Below, in pieces: positions 24,685 through 34,579 of a stretch of 64,000 nucleotides of DNA. The DNA is from Spirochaetia bacterium. Lineage in GTDB: Bacteria; Spirochaetota; Spirochaetia; SZUA-6; Bin103. The first letter of the stretch is position 1, and every line of letters begins with the position of its first letter. The notes beneath the pieces were generated by a model. That model searched no databases. It saw nothing but the letters and a program-made list of their open reading frames with translations, and was not told the origin of the DNA. The position numbers were made by a program, and so were the translations under genes. The DNA is taken from the NCBI GenBank assembly GCA_965203055.1, contig OZ241863.1, positions 416,001 through 480,000 of the forward strand, read 5' to 3'.

Positions 24685-24784
24685 CGCGTCTCTGACCAGG
24701 GCGTGCCCTACGCGCCGCGTACGCCGCAGCCGGCCTACGCGGCGCGTCCCCGGCGGGCGCCGCCGGCCGCCGGCCGCCGGCGCT

Positions 24785-25270
24785 TCACCCGTCCGCCGCG
24801 CCGGGCTGCGAATCACTCGGCGGCGCGCGGTCGACGGCGAGCAGCGGCTCCTCCGCCCGCCGCGCCAGCCAGTAGTCGATCTCGAGCGCACTGCGCAGCG
24901 GCCCCACACCGATGCCCGGACAATCTCGTGCGGCCGCGTCCCAGTTCTCCTGATCGACCAGTTGCGAGGCCCAGAACGGGAAGCTGCGGCACTGCAGCGG
25001 CCGCCCCGGATACACCGCGCACCCGCCCTCTCCCCAGAACACGCAATCGTAATCGGCGCGTTCCCGCAGGCTCAGGCGCGTGGCGCCGCCCCACTGCACC
25101 TCGCGACAGTGGCGCGCCCGCACCTCTTCCGGGGTCAGCCCCAGGAAGGCGGCGAGTTGCTCCAGGTCGTTGCGCGACAGAAACACGTAGCCAGGCTGAT
25201 GCCGGCAGCAACGCTGGCAGCGCGTACAGTCGAAGCGCAACCCGCCGGCGTAGAACCGGCCCTCATCCAT
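24785..25270 (-). CDS. YkgJ-family cysteine cluster (Fe-S/Zn) protein
   Basis: FDCTRCQRCC, CVFW, CAVYxGRPLQCRSFPFW, CPG. Confidence 0.9.
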   Translation of the reverse strand: MDEGRFYAGGLRFDCTRCQRCCRHQPGYVFLSRNDLEQLAAFLGLTPEEVRARHCREVQWGGATRLSLRERADYDCVFWGEGGCAVYPGRPLQCRSFPFWASQLVDQENWDAAARDCPGIGVGPLRSALEIDYWLARRAEEPLLAVDRAPPSDSQPGAADG

Positions 25271-25286
25271 GGCGGTCGAACTCAAT

Positions 25287-25368
25287 TGGGGAGAGCAGGA
25301 TTCGAACCTGCGAAGGCGCTGCCAACAGATTTACAGTCTGCCCCCTTTGGCCACTCGGGAATCTCCCC
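25287..25368 (-). tRNA. tRNA-Tyr(GTA)
   Basis: GGGGAGA acceptor stem, CTGTAAA anticodon loop, long variable arm, GGTTCGAATCC T-arm. CCA not encoded. Confidence 0.96.
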
Positions 25369-25477
25369 CTGCGCCCGGGACGGCCGGTGCGGCCGCCCCG
25401 CGGGTGCGATAACCCACATTGATCGGCAATGCTATACCGTCAGGCGCACGTCATTGTCAACCGATCGTCAACCGGCA

Positions 25478-25550
25478 AGCCACCTGTCGGATTCGAACCG
25501 ACGACCTCGAGATTACAAGTCACGCGCTCTGCCAACTGAGCCAAGGTGGC
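25478..25550 (-). tRNA. tRNA-Thr(TGT)
   Basis: GCCACCT/AGGTGGC acceptor stem, CTTGTAA anticodon loop, GGTTCGAATCC. One T-T mismatch in the anticodon stem. Confidence 0.94.
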
Positions 25551-25586
25551 GTAGGATGAGTATAGCATACCCGGGAGGCGCGGGAT

Positions 25587-25955
25587 TCAGGACCGGGCAG
25601 CCTCCTCCAGGTCGGGGCGCAGGCGTTGCGCGCCATTCAGGTAGACCGGCTGCGGGCGCTCGCCGCGCGGCGTGTCGTAGGTCACCAGCAGGCGCACGAC
25701 GCGCGCCATCTGCCCGTCGACCGCGGCTTCCTGCACGCAGAACAGCGGGACCTCGCCGAATCGGTCCAGACGCAGGCCGGTCGCCGGATTCGCAACCGTG
25801 AGATCTGGGGTCAGCGAGCAGATGATGGAGATGATCCGCTCGATCTCGATCTGATTTCGGGCGACGATCTCCCCCGCCAGCTTGACCGCCGCGGCGTGGA
25901 TCGCCTGTTTGTCATTGGCGCCCACCCGAATGGCGCCGCGTACCGCCACTACCAC
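25587..25955 (-). CDS. aroH: Chorismate mutase, AroH class
   Basis: AVRGA, TPDL, PLFCVQE, VYLNGAQRLRPDL. Confidence 0.9.
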   Translation of the reverse strand: MVVAVRGAIRVGANDKQAIHAAAVKLAGEIVARNQIEIERIISIICSLTPDLTVANPATGLRLDRFGEVPLFCVQEAAVDGQMARVVRLLVTYDTPRGERPQPVYLNGAQRLRPDLEEAARS

Positions 25956-25982
25956 GTCAACTCCGATTGTAGCGCCCCGGCC

Positions 25983-26342
25983 TCAGAGTTGAAACCAGAT
26001 CAGCAGGTACATCGAGGCCAGCACCATCGCCGCGGCAAACAGCGTGGCGAGCAGGGTGGCGAGCAGCCGCAGCAGCGGCAGCGAACCGGTCGCGCAGGCC
26101 CGCGCGATGCCATAGCAGAGCCGATAGGTCCCGGCGCCGGCGGCGGCGCCGGCGGCGAACTGCATGAGACGCAGCAACAGGAGTTGGGTCCGATCGAGAA
26201 ACTCCTGGACGTTGCCGAGCAGATACAGGGCGACGAAGATCAGCAGGTGGATGAAGGAGTACCAGAGGACCCGGCCACTGATCTCGCCGAGGGCCTTGAC
26301 CATGCCGCGCAGGTCCAGGCGCCACGGTTGCACCGCGCTCAA
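25983..26342 (-). CDS. Small hypothetical membrane protein
   Basis: Three hydrophobic segments with YLLGNVQEFLD. Start uncertain. Confidence 0.65.
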   Translation of the reverse strand: MSAVQPWRLDLRGMVKALGEISGRVLWYSFIHLLIFVALYLLGNVQEFLDRTQLLLLRLMQFAAGAAAGAGTYRLCYGIARACATGSLPLLRLLATLLATLFAAAMVLASMYLLIWFQL

Positions 26343-26363
26343 CGAATCCCCGATACTCGCGCC

Positions 26364-27221
26364 ATGAAAGCCGTGCTCGGCATTCTGGTGCTGCTAGGCG
26401 CAGCCGGCGCCATCTTCGTGGCCGGCTGGATCCAGCTCCTGCTGCCGCACGCCACGTACGCGGTACTCTTTTCGAAGACCGGGGGCCTCGACCGCCGGGT
26501 AATTGCTGCCGGCACCTTCGTCTGGCGCTGGGAGCGCGTCATTCCCAACAATGTTACGTTGTTCGTGTTCGAAGTACAGCCCTACTCGGTCGAGACGCAG
26601 GTCAGCGGCGAGCTGCCGGCTGCGGACGCCGTTGCCGGTATGCTGCCGGGCAGCGCCGACTTCCACTATCAGGCGACCGTCGCCGTGACCTTCTCGGTGC
26701 GTCCCGACGCCCTGCCGCAACTGGTGGCCGACGCCGGGCTGACCCCGGAGCGCCTGCCGCAATGGACCGGGACGCAGGGCGCCGACGTCGCCGGCGCCGC
26801 GCTGGAACTGCTGCAGCGCCGCGGCGCGGCGGCCGCGCTGCTGGATTCCGGCGCGACCGAGGCGGAGCTGCTCGAGCGGCTGGCCGCCGGGTTTCCGCAT
26901 CTGCGGATAACCGGAATCCGCTTTACCGATCTCCGACTGCCGGATCTCGAAATCTACCAACGCGGGCGCCAAGCCTACCTGGCGCTGATGGACGCTCAGT
27001 ATGAAGCGCGCCGGGCCGCGGCAATCGATCTTGCCGGCGAGTTCGAGCGGGAGCGCGCAGCGCAGGAGACGCGCCGCGCCGCGGCGCAGGTGCTGCGCGA
27101 GTACGGCGCACTGCTGCAGGAGTATCCCATTCTGATCCAGTTTCTGGCGCTGCAAAGCGACGCCGGCCGGGATGCATTCCTCGAGCTCCCGGAGCCGCTG
27201 GCAGCTCCGCAGGAACCGTAG
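26364..27221 (+). CDS. Membrane-anchored hypothetical protein, possibly SPFH-like
   Basis: N-terminal TM segment, SKTGG, FVWRWERVIP, C-terminal helical region. Confidence 0.7.
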   Translation: MKAVLGILVLLGAAGAIFVAGWIQLLLPHATYAVLFSKTGGLDRRVIAAGTFVWRWERVIPNNVTLFVFEVQPYSVETQVSGELPAADAVAGMLPGSADFHYQATVAVTFSVRPDALPQLVADAGLTPERLPQWTGTQGADVAGAALELLQRRGAAAALLDSGATEAELLERLAAGFPHLRITGIRFTDLRLPDLEIYQRGRQAYLALMDAQYEARRAAAIDLAGEFERERAAQETRRAAAQVLREYGALLQEYPILIQFLALQSDAGRDAFLELPEPLAAPQEP

Positions 27222-27255
27222 AGCGCCCGGGCCGCGGTTCTCCCGCGGTCCGCTT

Positions 27256-27918
27256 TCAGCCCGGCGGAATCGGGAGCGGGGCCAGGTTGCGGACCATCAA
27301 CAGGCGGCCTCGGCCCACCGTCACCTGCCACCGGTCGGCGACCACCACGTTGCTGACGCTGGCGCAGCCGCGCGGGAGCTCCAGGCCGTCCAGCGGCCAG
27401 CGCAGGCCGCGCGAAGCCAGGCCGGACGCCGTGGCCGAGAGCGGGAACAGCGACACGGTAGCGTGCCGATGGCCGGCGAAGCGCGCCGTTCCGGCGATCA
27501 CCTCCATGTGTTCGGCGGCGGTGAGCCAGACGCGCAGCCGGCGGTCGCGCTCGAAGAGTCCCAGCACGGCGAGCTGGTGATCGAACCGTCCGCCCCCGGC
27601 CCCGGCGACGATCACGCGGCTGCAGCCGAGTTCCGCCAGCGCCCGCAGGCCGAGCTCGGCGTCGGTCAGCGCCTTGTCCGGGGCGGCGCGCCGCCGGCGC
27701 GCTGCCGGCCGCGCATCCAGTTCCCGCCGGCGGCGTACCGAGTCGAAGTCGCCGACCACCAGGTCCGGCTGCAGATCCAGCGCCAACGCCAGGTCGAAGC
27801 CGCTGTCTGCCGCCACCACCGCGCTGACGCGCGGCAGGTAGGGCGCCACCGCCGCCCGCGACGGCCCTTCGCCGCCAAGCAGCAGCAGTCCGGCCGGAGA
27901 CGCGGGCGCAGCCATCAC
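27256..27918 (-). CDS. thiN: Thiamine diphosphokinase
   Basis: AADSG, VGDFDS, DKxxTD, GGRFDH, GLRWPL, SN. Confidence 0.92.
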   Translation of the reverse strand: MMAAPASPAGLLLLGGEGPSRAAVAPYLPRVSAVVAADSGFDLALALDLQPDLVVGDFDSVRRRRELDARPAARRRRAAPDKALTDAELGLRALAELGCSRVIVAGAGGGRFDHQLAVLGLFERDRRLRVWLTAAEHMEVIAGTARFAGHRHATVSLFPLSATASGLASRGLRWPLDGLELPRGCASVSNVVVADRWQVTVGRGRLLMVRNLAPLPIPPG

Positions 27919-27975
27919 GGTGTCACTGTAGCGCGCTGTCCCGGGCGGTCACAATCGGCCTACACTGCGGCTGCC

Positions 27976-29403
27976 GTGCCGGTGGTTCCGAAGGTCGTGA
28001 AACGCTTCGCGCGCCCGTTCGCCGCCCGCGGTTTGCAGTGCTGGCTGGTGGGCGGCGCGGTGCGCGATCTGTTCCTGCGCCGCGCCGGCGGCGATTACGA
28101 CGTGGCTACCGACGCCCATCCCGAGCAGGTGCGCGCGCTGTACCGGCAGGCCATTCCCACCGGCCTGCGGCACGGGACGGTAACGGTGCCGTTCGCCGGC
28201 CACCGGATCGAAGTCACCACCTTCCGCAGCGAGTCCGACTACCGCGACGGGCGGCGCCCGGCGCAGGTCTCGTTCGGCGCCGCCATCGAGGACGATCTGA
28301 GCCGGCGCGACTTCACCATCAACGGTATCGCCATGGAGGTGCCGGGCGGGCGTATCGTCGATCCGTTCGACGGCCGCGGCGACCTGCGGCGCAAGCTGAT
28401 CCGCGCCATCGGAGACGCCACCGCGCGCTTCGCCGAGGATGGGCTGCGGCCGTTGCGCGCCTGCCGCATCGCGGCGCAACTGGAGTTTCGGGTGGACGGG
28501 CCGACGCTGGCGGCCATCCGCCCCAGCCTGGGCACCGTGCGGCGCGTCGCCGCGGAGCGCATTCGCGCCGAGATCGAGGCTATCCTGCTTGCGCCGCGCC
28601 CCTCCGCGGGTCTCCGGTTGATGCTCGAAACCGGCCTGCTGGAGCTGCTGCTCCCCGAGTTGCAGCGCTGCGTGGGGGTAGAGCAACGCCAGCCGCCCGG
28701 ACGCCCGTCCGGGGCGCCGCAGTTCGACGTGTTCATCCACTCGCTGGCTGCCTGCGACGCCAGCGACCCGGAGCTGGAGCTGCGCTGGGCGGGACTGCTG
28801 CATGACGTCGGCAAGGCCACGACCCTGGAGCGCGGCGCCGGCGGAACGTTGAGCTTCCATCATCACGACCGGGAGTCGGCGCGCATGGCCCGCGAAATCC
28901 TCGACCGGCTCCGGTCGCCGCACGCGCTGCGGGACGGCGTTGCCCACCTGGTGGCTCACCACATGTTCAACTATGACGAGGATTGGTCGGACGCCGCGGT
29001 GCGCCGCTTCGTGGCGCGCGTGGGCCGCGACCGGATCGACCGGCTGCTGGCGCTGCGCCGGGCTGACCAACTGGGGCGCTACGGTGAGCAGCACCGCGCC
29101 CGTCCGTCCCGCCGGCTGACGGCCCTGGCGCAGCGCATCAGCACCGTAATGGAGCGCCGGGATGCGGTGACGGTGCGTGACCTGGCGGTAGACGGCAACG
29201 ATCTGATGGCGCACCTGAAGCTGGCGCCGGGACCGGTCATCGGCATCCTGCTGCGGCAGCTCCTGGAGGCGGCGCTGGAAGATCCGGCGCTCAACCGGCG
29301 TGAAGCCCTGCTGACCATCGCCGGGAACTTCTACCGTTCGCGGTTGGCGGGCAGCTCCGCGCAGCCGGCGCAGCCCGCGCAGCCGGACGCCGCCGCCGAC
29401 TGA
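27976..29403 (+). CDS. CCA tRNA nucleotidyltransferase/poly(A) polymerase family protein with HD domain
   Basis: LVGGAVRD, DYDVAT, EVTTFR, RRDFTIN, LLHDVGK. Confidence 0.92.
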   Translation: MPVVPKVVKRFARPFAARGLQCWLVGGAVRDLFLRRAGGDYDVATDAHPEQVRALYRQAIPTGLRHGTVTVPFAGHRIEVTTFRSESDYRDGRRPAQVSFGAAIEDDLSRRDFTINGIAMEVPGGRIVDPFDGRGDLRRKLIRAIGDATARFAEDGLRPLRACRIAAQLEFRVDGPTLAAIRPSLGTVRRVAAERIRAEIEAILLAPRPSAGLRLMLETGLLELLLPELQRCVGVEQRQPPGRPSGAPQFDVFIHSLAACDASDPELELRWAGLLHDVGKATTLERGAGGTLSFHHHDRESARMAREILDRLRSPHALRDGVAHLVAHHMFNYDEDWSDAAVRRFVARVGRDRIDRLLALRRADQLGRYGEQHRARPSRRLTALAQRISTVMERRDAVTVRDLAVDGNDLMAHLKLAPGPVIGILLRQLLEAALEDPALNRREALLTIAGNFYRSRLAGSSAQPAQPAQPDAAAD

Positions 29404-29411
29404 CCTGAACC

Positions 29412-30206
29412 TCAGGGGCGGGCGCGCCGGTTGCCGGCGTCGGCGGCGGCATCGCGCAACGCGGCGTAGGCGTCGGCGGCGGCCTCCTGCTCGGCTTCCT
29501 TCTTGTTCTTGCCGGAACCCGGCCCGTAGACGTGCCCGTTGAGCTTCACTTCGATCCAGAAGGTACGGTCGTGATCGGGTCCCTCCCGGCGCACCACGCG
29601 GTAGCGCGGATAGGAGTGGTAGCGCTGCTGAGCCAGCTCCTGCAGCAGGGTCTTGTAGTCCTGCCGATGGGTGTTGCTCAGCACCCGGCGGATCTCGGCC
29701 CGCAGGTGACGAAGCACGAACTCCCGGGCCGCGGCGCCTCCCGAATCGAGGTAGTAGGCGCCGATCATCGCTTCCATGGCGTCGGCCACGATCGCCTTCT
29801 TGCCGCGCCCGCCGGAACGCTCCTCGCCGCGCCCGATCAGGAGGTACTCCTGCAAACCCAGTTGCAGCGCCCAGCGGTACAGGGCGTCCTCGCTGATCAC
29901 GAACGACTTGATGCGCGCCAGCTCGCCTTCGGTGCGCCGCCCGCTCGTGGCGTAGAGCTCGTCGCTGATCGCCAGACTCAGGACCGCATCACCGAGAAAC
30001 TCCAGCTTCTCGTTGTTGGCAACGGCGCCGGGGCCCGCCTCATGCGCATAGGAGCGGTGACACAACGCCAGATTGAGCAGACTCAGGTCGCGGAACCGGG
30101 TAGCCGCGCGGCGCTCCAGGCGCCGCAACTCAGCCGCCCGGACGCGGTCCACCTGCGGGCCGCGCTCAGGTACTGCGCGGTTCTTGCGGCGGCGGATGAA
30201 GGGCAT
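29412..30206 (-). CDS. rnc: Ribonuclease III
   Basis: NEKLEFLGDAVL, ADAMEA, dsRBD DYKTLLQE...KKEAEQ. Confidence 0.96.
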   Translation of the reverse strand: MPFIRRRKNRAVPERGPQVDRVRAAELRRLERRAATRFRDLSLLNLALCHRSYAHEAGPGAVANNEKLEFLGDAVLSLAISDELYATSGRRTEGELARIKSFVISEDALYRWALQLGLQEYLLIGRGEERSGGRGKKAIVADAMEAMIGAYYLDSGGAAAREFVLRHLRAEIRRVLSNTHRQDYKTLLQELAQQRYHSYPRYRVVRREGPDHDRTFWIEVKLNGHVYGPGSGKNKKEAEQEAAADAYAALRDAAADAGNRRARP

Positions 30207-30289
30207 GGGTCCGCCCCACCGGCGGCGCGGCGCGGCGGGGTGGCGAAGCTGCGGCGCGGGGTGTCCGGCCACGCCCGGCCGCCGGCGGG

Positions 30290-30535
30290 CTACTTGCTGC
30301 TGACCTGAGACTCGATGAAGGCGAGCGCGTCCTGGACGGTCTCGAACTCGTTGGCTTTCTCGTCGGGGATGGTGATCCCCAACTCTTCCTCGATGGCATA
30401 CACGAGCTCGTAGGTGTCCAGGCTGTCAGCTCCAAGGTCCTGGCGAAATGAAGATTCGAGGGTAATCTTGCCCTCATCGATCTCCAGACGATCGGCAATG
30501 AGCTTCTTCATCTTGTCGAAAAGCTGGTCGTCCAT
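30290..30535 (-). CDS. acpP: Acyl carrier protein
   Basis: DLGADSLD motif, acidic, preceded by GGAGG. Confidence 0.96.
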   Translation of the reverse strand: MDDQLFDKMKKLIADRLEIDEGKITLESSFRQDLGADSLDTYELVYAIEEELGITIPDEKANEFETVQDALAFIESQVSSK

Positions 30536-30565
30536 CGAAATGACCTCCAAAATCTACGAGCCGGG

Positions 30566-30760
30566 CTACGCCAGATCTTCCGGGTCGAGCACCTGACGTC
30601 CGCGATAGTAACCGCAGGCATGGCACACGCGGTGCAATACCATCCGACTGCCGCATTGCGAGCATTCGATGATGCTTGGAAGTGAAACACGCATGTTTAC
30701 TGCACGCCGGCGACGGCTCCGCGCTTTGGAGTGCTTCCGTCTCGGCCCTATAGACGCCAT
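30566..30760 (-). CDS. rpmF: 50S ribosomal protein L32 (zinc-binding type)
   Basis: PRRKHSKAR...CSQC...HRVCHACGYYRGRQV. Confidence 0.93.
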   Translation of the reverse strand: MASIGPRRKHSKARSRRRRAVNMRVSLPSIIECSQCGSRMVLHRVCHACGYYRGRQVLDPEDLA

Positions 30761-30869
30761 TCTCTGTTCCCAATTCGGCGCGCCGGCGAACGACGCTCAC
30801 GTAATAGTGTAATGGACGCCGCGGTCTCCGGGCCCCTCGCGGAGCGCGGGCCGCGGCAAAGCTGCGCGC

Positions 30870-30899
30870 AAGCTACCGCACCGCGCGTACCAGTGTCAA
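30870..30899 (-). promoter_or_regulatory. Putative sigma70 promoter for rpmF-acpP-rnc
   Basis: Minus strand TTGACA-N18-TAGCTT. Confidence 0.55.
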
Positions 30900-30917
30900 G
30901 CCCCGGTCGCGGCGCGG

Positions 30918-31418
30918 TCAGCAGGGAGGAGGAGGCGCCGGGGCGCGCCCCAGCTTCTCCGTAAGCGCCTGCGCCACCACTTCCGGCACCATGCTGCGGA
31001 TGTCGCCGCCGAAGCGGGCCACCTCCTTGATGCCGGAAGAACGTAACACGAAGTACTTCTGGTCGGTGGGGAGGAAGATCGTCTCGATGCTCGGGAACAG
31101 CGCCTTGTTCATCATCGACAGCTCGAACTCGTACTCGAAGTCGGAGAGGGCGCGCACGCCGCGCAGCAGCGTATGGATCCCCGCGCGGCGGGCGAACTCG
31201 ACGATCAGCCCCTGCCACACGCGCACCTCGGCGTTGGGGAGGTCCTGCACCAGACTGGTGAGCATCTCCAGCCGCTCGCGCGCCGTGAACAGGGCGGCCT
31301 TGTCAGGATTGACGGCGATCACCACCACCACCCGTCCGAACATGCGCGCGGCGCGCCGCAGCAGGTCGAGGTGGCCGTTCGTGGGAGGGTCGAAGGTACC
31401 GGGAAAGATCACCTGCAT
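30918..31418 (-). CDS. coaD: Phosphopantetheine adenylyltransferase
   Basis: FPGTFDPPTNGH, RGVRALSDFEYE. Confidence 0.96.
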   Translation of the reverse strand: MQVIFPGTFDPPTNGHLDLLRRAARMFGRVVVVIAVNPDKAALFTARERLEMLTSLVQDLPNAEVRVWQGLIVEFARRAGIHTLLRGVRALSDFEYEFELSMMNKALFPSIETIFLPTDQKYFVLRSSGIKEVARFGGDIRSMVPEVVAQALTEKLGRAPAPPPPC

Positions 31419-31453
31419 GGGACGCTGCTCTTGAGGCGGCGGCGGGCTCCCGG

Positions 31454-31654
31454 CTAGTGGGCGCAGCCGTTGCAGCCGTTGGCTCGCCAGGAGCCTCCGT
31501 TGTGGTGGCTGCCGCGAACGGCGCGGTGGTCGCCCAGCGCCAGCATGTCGACCAGCGCCGAGGCCACCTGCGCCAGCGCATGCGCAAGGTAGCGGGGATC
31601 GCGCAGCTTCCGTCGGTACTCCGCCAGACGGTGCGGGTCCAGCGCTCCGCTCAC
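31454..31654 (-). CDS. Small hypothetical protein
   Basis: GTGA-coupled to yraN; helical EYRRKLRDPRYLAHAL. Confidence 0.5.
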   Translation of the reverse strand: MSGALDPHRLAEYRRKLRDPRYLAHALAQVASALVDMLALGDHRAVRGSHHNGGSWRANGCNGCAH

Positions 31655-32049
31655 CCTTCGAACGCTCCGACGACATGTAGCGCGACCCCGCCGCGGCGTA
31701 TCAGGATGACGTCGAACCGCTGCCTCAAAGACATATATTGAAACGAATTACGCGCCACGTAGGCGCGCGCTACCGAGACCATGCGCCACTGTTTTCGGCG
31801 GTCGATGGCATGTTCCAGTCCCTCCGTCGGGAGCCGGCGCCAGGACTTCACTTCCACGAACACCAACTCTTCGCCATGGCGGGCGACCAGGTCGATTTCG
31901 CCGCGCCGGGTGCGCACGTTGCGGTCCACGATCCGATAGCCGAGCTTGCGCAGGTAGACCGCCGCAATGGATTCACCGATAGGTCCCCGTTGTGCCGAAT
32001 CACGCGCCAATTTCGCCGCACCCCCAAAGGCGGGCGTTGCCGGCCGCAC
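31651..32049 (-). CDS. yraN: YraN family (UPF0102) endonuclease-like protein
   Basis: GEIDLVA, LVFVEVK, RFDV. Start uncertain. Confidence 0.88.
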   Translation of the reverse strand: MRPATPAFGGAAKLARDSAQRGPIGESIAAVYLRKLGYRIVDRNVRTRRGEIDLVARHGEELVFVEVKSWRRLPTEGLEHAIDRRKQWRMVSVARAYVARNSFQYMSLRQRFDVILIRRGGVALHVVGAFEG

Positions 32050-32376
32050 CGCGGCGCGCGGATCTCCGGCGCGCCGCCGGCGGTGCGGTTTCCGCCGCCT
32101 GCCACCAACATCAATGCCGTTCGCGGCGCGGCGCTTTTACCGAGTGGCCGTTTTTCATTCACGTCAGTCAGTCATGAGGCCGCGCCGGCGGCGCAGGACC
32201 ATCCGCGGAGGCAGCGCCGCGAGGCGCCGCCGGCGGCGGACGGCGCACTGCCGGGCGGCCACCGGGCCCCCCGCGAGCTGCGCGCCGCGCGCCGACTCCA
32301 CGCTAATAGTATCGTCAACTTCGCGCCGCAGGTTATGAACTTTCGAGCCTCCGAGCCGCCGGGCGCAGCGCCCGGC

Positions 32377-32733
32377 TCAGCGCCGGGCGATCAGTTCCTT
32401 GACCTTGGCGGCCTTGCCCACGCGGTCGCGCAGGTAGTAGAGCTTGGCGCGGCGCACGCGGCCGCGGCGGACCACCTCGATGCGGGCGATCTTGGGGCTG
32501 TGCATCGGGAATACCCGCTCCACGCCGACCCCGTAGGAAATCTTGCGCACCATGCAGGTGCGGCCCAGGCCCTTGCCGCGGATGCCGATGCAGATCCCTT
32601 CGTAGACCTGTATCCGTTCCGTCTTGCCCTCGATGATCTTGAAGTGCACGCGGATCGTGTCCCCCACCGCGAACGGCGCCAGATCGTCCCGCGTCTGCGG
32701 CTGCTCCACCTCGCGGATGAGCTGATTACTCAT
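32377..32733 (-). CDS. rplS: 50S ribosomal protein L19
   Basis: [26 protein letters not shown]. Confidence 0.98.
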   Translation of the reverse strand: MSNQLIREVEQPQTRDDLAPFAVGDTIRVHFKIIEGKTERIQVYEGICIGIRGKGLGRTCMVRKISYGVGVERVFPMHSPKIARIEVVRRGRVRRAKLYYLRDRVGKAAKVKELIARR

Positions 32734-33443
32734 TTCCTTTCCTCCGTTGTACATGACTCCTGACCCGCCGGACCTCGCGGCAACAGGTCGGGCCGGTAGC
32801 GCCGGGTCTTCTCCAGCCGCTGCGCGCGGCGCCAGGCGGCGATGCGCGCGTGGTTGCCGGACAGCAGTACCTCAGGGACGCGCTGGCCTTCGAATTCCTC
32901 CGGCCTGGTGTAGTGCGGGTACTCCAGCAGATTCTCGGAGAAGCTTTCATCGCGCAGCGAGTCGCGGTTGATCACCCCGCGCACTACCCGCGCCACGGCT
33001 TCCATCACCACCATGGCGGCCACCTCGCCCCCGCCGAGCACGTAATCGCCAATTGACAGCTCCTCATCGACGTAGCGGTCGATGATGCGCTGATCGATCC
33101 CCTCGTAGCGCCCGGCGATCAGGAGGATCGACTCGCGGCCCGCATATTCGTGCACCACGCGCTGGTTGAGCAACCGCCCCGCCGGGGAAAGATATACCGT
33201 CCACCGGTGCCGCGCCTGCAGGCCGCCGAGGGCGGCCGCGAGCGGTTCGGGCCGCAGTACCATACCGGCGCCGCCGCCGTAGGGGTAGTCGTCGCAGGTA
33301 CGATGGCGGTCCCTGGCAAATTCGCGGAGCGGCACCAGCTCGATCGCCACCTGCCCGCTGCGCCGCGCCCGGCCGAGGATGCTGGTCTCCAGGAACCCGG
33401 CGAAGATTTCCGGGAACAGGGTGACGACGGTGAACCTCATCAT
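32730..33443 (-). CDS. trmD: tRNA (guanine-N1)-methyltransferase
   Basis: [40 protein letters not shown]. Confidence 0.97.
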   Translation of the reverse strand: MMRFTVVTLFPEIFAGFLETSILGRARRSGQVAIELVPLREFARDRHRTCDDYPYGGGAGMVLRPEPLAAALGGLQARHRWTVYLSPAGRLLNQRVVHEYAGRESILLIAGRYEGIDQRIIDRYVDEELSIGDYVLGGGEVAAMVVMEAVARVVRGVINRDSLRDESFSENLLEYPHYTRPEEFEGQRVPEVLLSGNHARIAAWRRAQRLEKTRRYRPDLLPRGPAGQESCTTEERK

Positions 33444-34009
33444 GGCCGCTCGAATTCGTCCGCCAGGTCGATGCGCCGGGCGTCCAGATCCACGCGCGGT
33501 ACGAAGAGCTCGCGAAACGGGACCAGGAACGGCGCGCCCGCGGGGTCGGTGACCTCGAGCACGTCGCCGCCGCCGGCCGGGATCACGTTGCTCACCATAC
33601 CCACGGCGCGGCCCCCCTGAAACACCGCGCAGCGACACAGGTCGGCCGCATAGAACTCGCCGGGCCGCAGCCGGCTGGCCTCGCCGCGCGGGACCCAGAG
33701 CTCCCATCCGGTAAGGAGGCGCGCCTGCTCGCGCGCGCTCACGCCGGCGAACCGCATCACCACCTTGTTGGCGCCCACCTGCCGCACCTCCGCCACGCGG
33801 CAGCGCCGGCGGCGGCCGCTGCGCCGCTCGCGGAGCTCCACCTCGCGCAGCCGAAACAGATGCTCAGTATCGCCGGAGTAGCTGAGGACCGCTTGCAGAC
33901 CGCGCACGCCGTACGGCGCGCCGAGCCGGGCCGTGGCGAGCTTCGCGTCGGGCAGGGGAGCTGCGGCCGCCGGCGCCGCGCCGTTCCCGCCGGGGCAGTG
34001 CGGCGTCAG
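33440..34009 (-). CDS. rimM: 16S rRNA processing protein RimM (probable CTG start)
   Basis: [11 protein letters not shown] lies upstream of the first standard start codon. Also EFYAADL and LVPF. Sits between khpA and trmD. Confidence 0.88.
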   Translation of the reverse strand: MTPHCPGGNGAAPAAAAPLPDAKLATARLGAPYGVRGLQAVLSYSGDTEHLFRLREVELRERRSGRRRRCRVAEVRQVGANKVVMRFAGVSAREQARLLTGWELWVPRGEASRLRPGEFYAADLCRCAVFQGGRAVGMVSNVIPAGGGDVLEVTDPAGAPFLVPFRELFVPRVDLDARRIDLADEFERP

Positions 34010-34239
34010 TCAAGGATCTCCAATACCACGCGCTTGCCGGTCTTGGTGGCGGAAGCGCTCAGAATCGTGCGAATCGACTTGGCGATCCTGCCATGCTTGC
34101 CGATCACCTTACCGAGATCGCCGCCGGCAACACGCAGTTCGAGAATCGTCGACTTCTCACCTTCGATCATGTTCACCATGACCTCGTCCGGCTCGTCTAC
34201 CAACGATCGTGCTATGAACTCTACGAGTTCCTTTTCCAC
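34006..34239 (-). CDS. khpA: KH-domain RNA-binding protein KhpA
   Basis: [17 protein letters not shown]. Downstream of rpsP. Confidence 0.93.
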   Translation of the reverse strand: MEKELVEFIARSLVDEPDEVMVNMIEGEKSTILELRVAGGDLGKVIGKHGRIAKSIRTILSASATKTGKRVVLEILD

Positions 34240-34296
34240 GTGATGCTCCTTGCCTCGTGCGCAAGCCCGCGCTGCCGGGCAGTCCCGGCTGGCTCG

Positions 34297-34554
34297 CTAG
34301 CCGCTGGTGACGTGCACCGACTTCTTGTTCAGAAGCCGGCGCACGGTCGGGCTTGGGCGCGCCCCACGCTGCAGCCACGCTCGGACGCGCGCTTCGTCGA
34401 TGCGGATCTGCTCCTCTTCCGGCTCGATGGGGTGATACAGGCCCACCTCCTCGATGGCGCGGCCATCGCGGGGAGCGCGGGAATCCATGACCACCATCCG
34501 ATAGTAGGGGCGCTTCCTGGTCCCGAAGCGCTTCAAGCGTATCTTGACACTCAA
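34297..34554 (-). CDS. rpsP: 30S ribosomal protein S16
   Basis: VKIRLKRFG, RDGRAIE, GARPS. Confidence 0.97.
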   Translation of the reverse strand: MSVKIRLKRFGTRKRPYYRMVVMDSRAPRDGRAIEEVGLYHPIEPEEEQIRIDEARVRAWLQRGARPSPTVRRLLNKKSVHVTSG

Positions 34555-34579
34555 TCTGATCTGACTCCTTGGCAGCGCG

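Noticed and set aside
20683..25422. Very long antisense ORFs (e.g. 1579 aa here, also 37867-40095 5' part and 42962-45010)
   Set aside because: Shadow ORFs of high-GC coding sequence with Arg/Gly/Ala-rich, motif-free translations.
25505..25525. T-T mismatch in the tRNA-Thr anticodon stem as a sign of a pseudo-tRNA
   Set aside because: All other arms are canonical, and single stem mismatches are tolerated.
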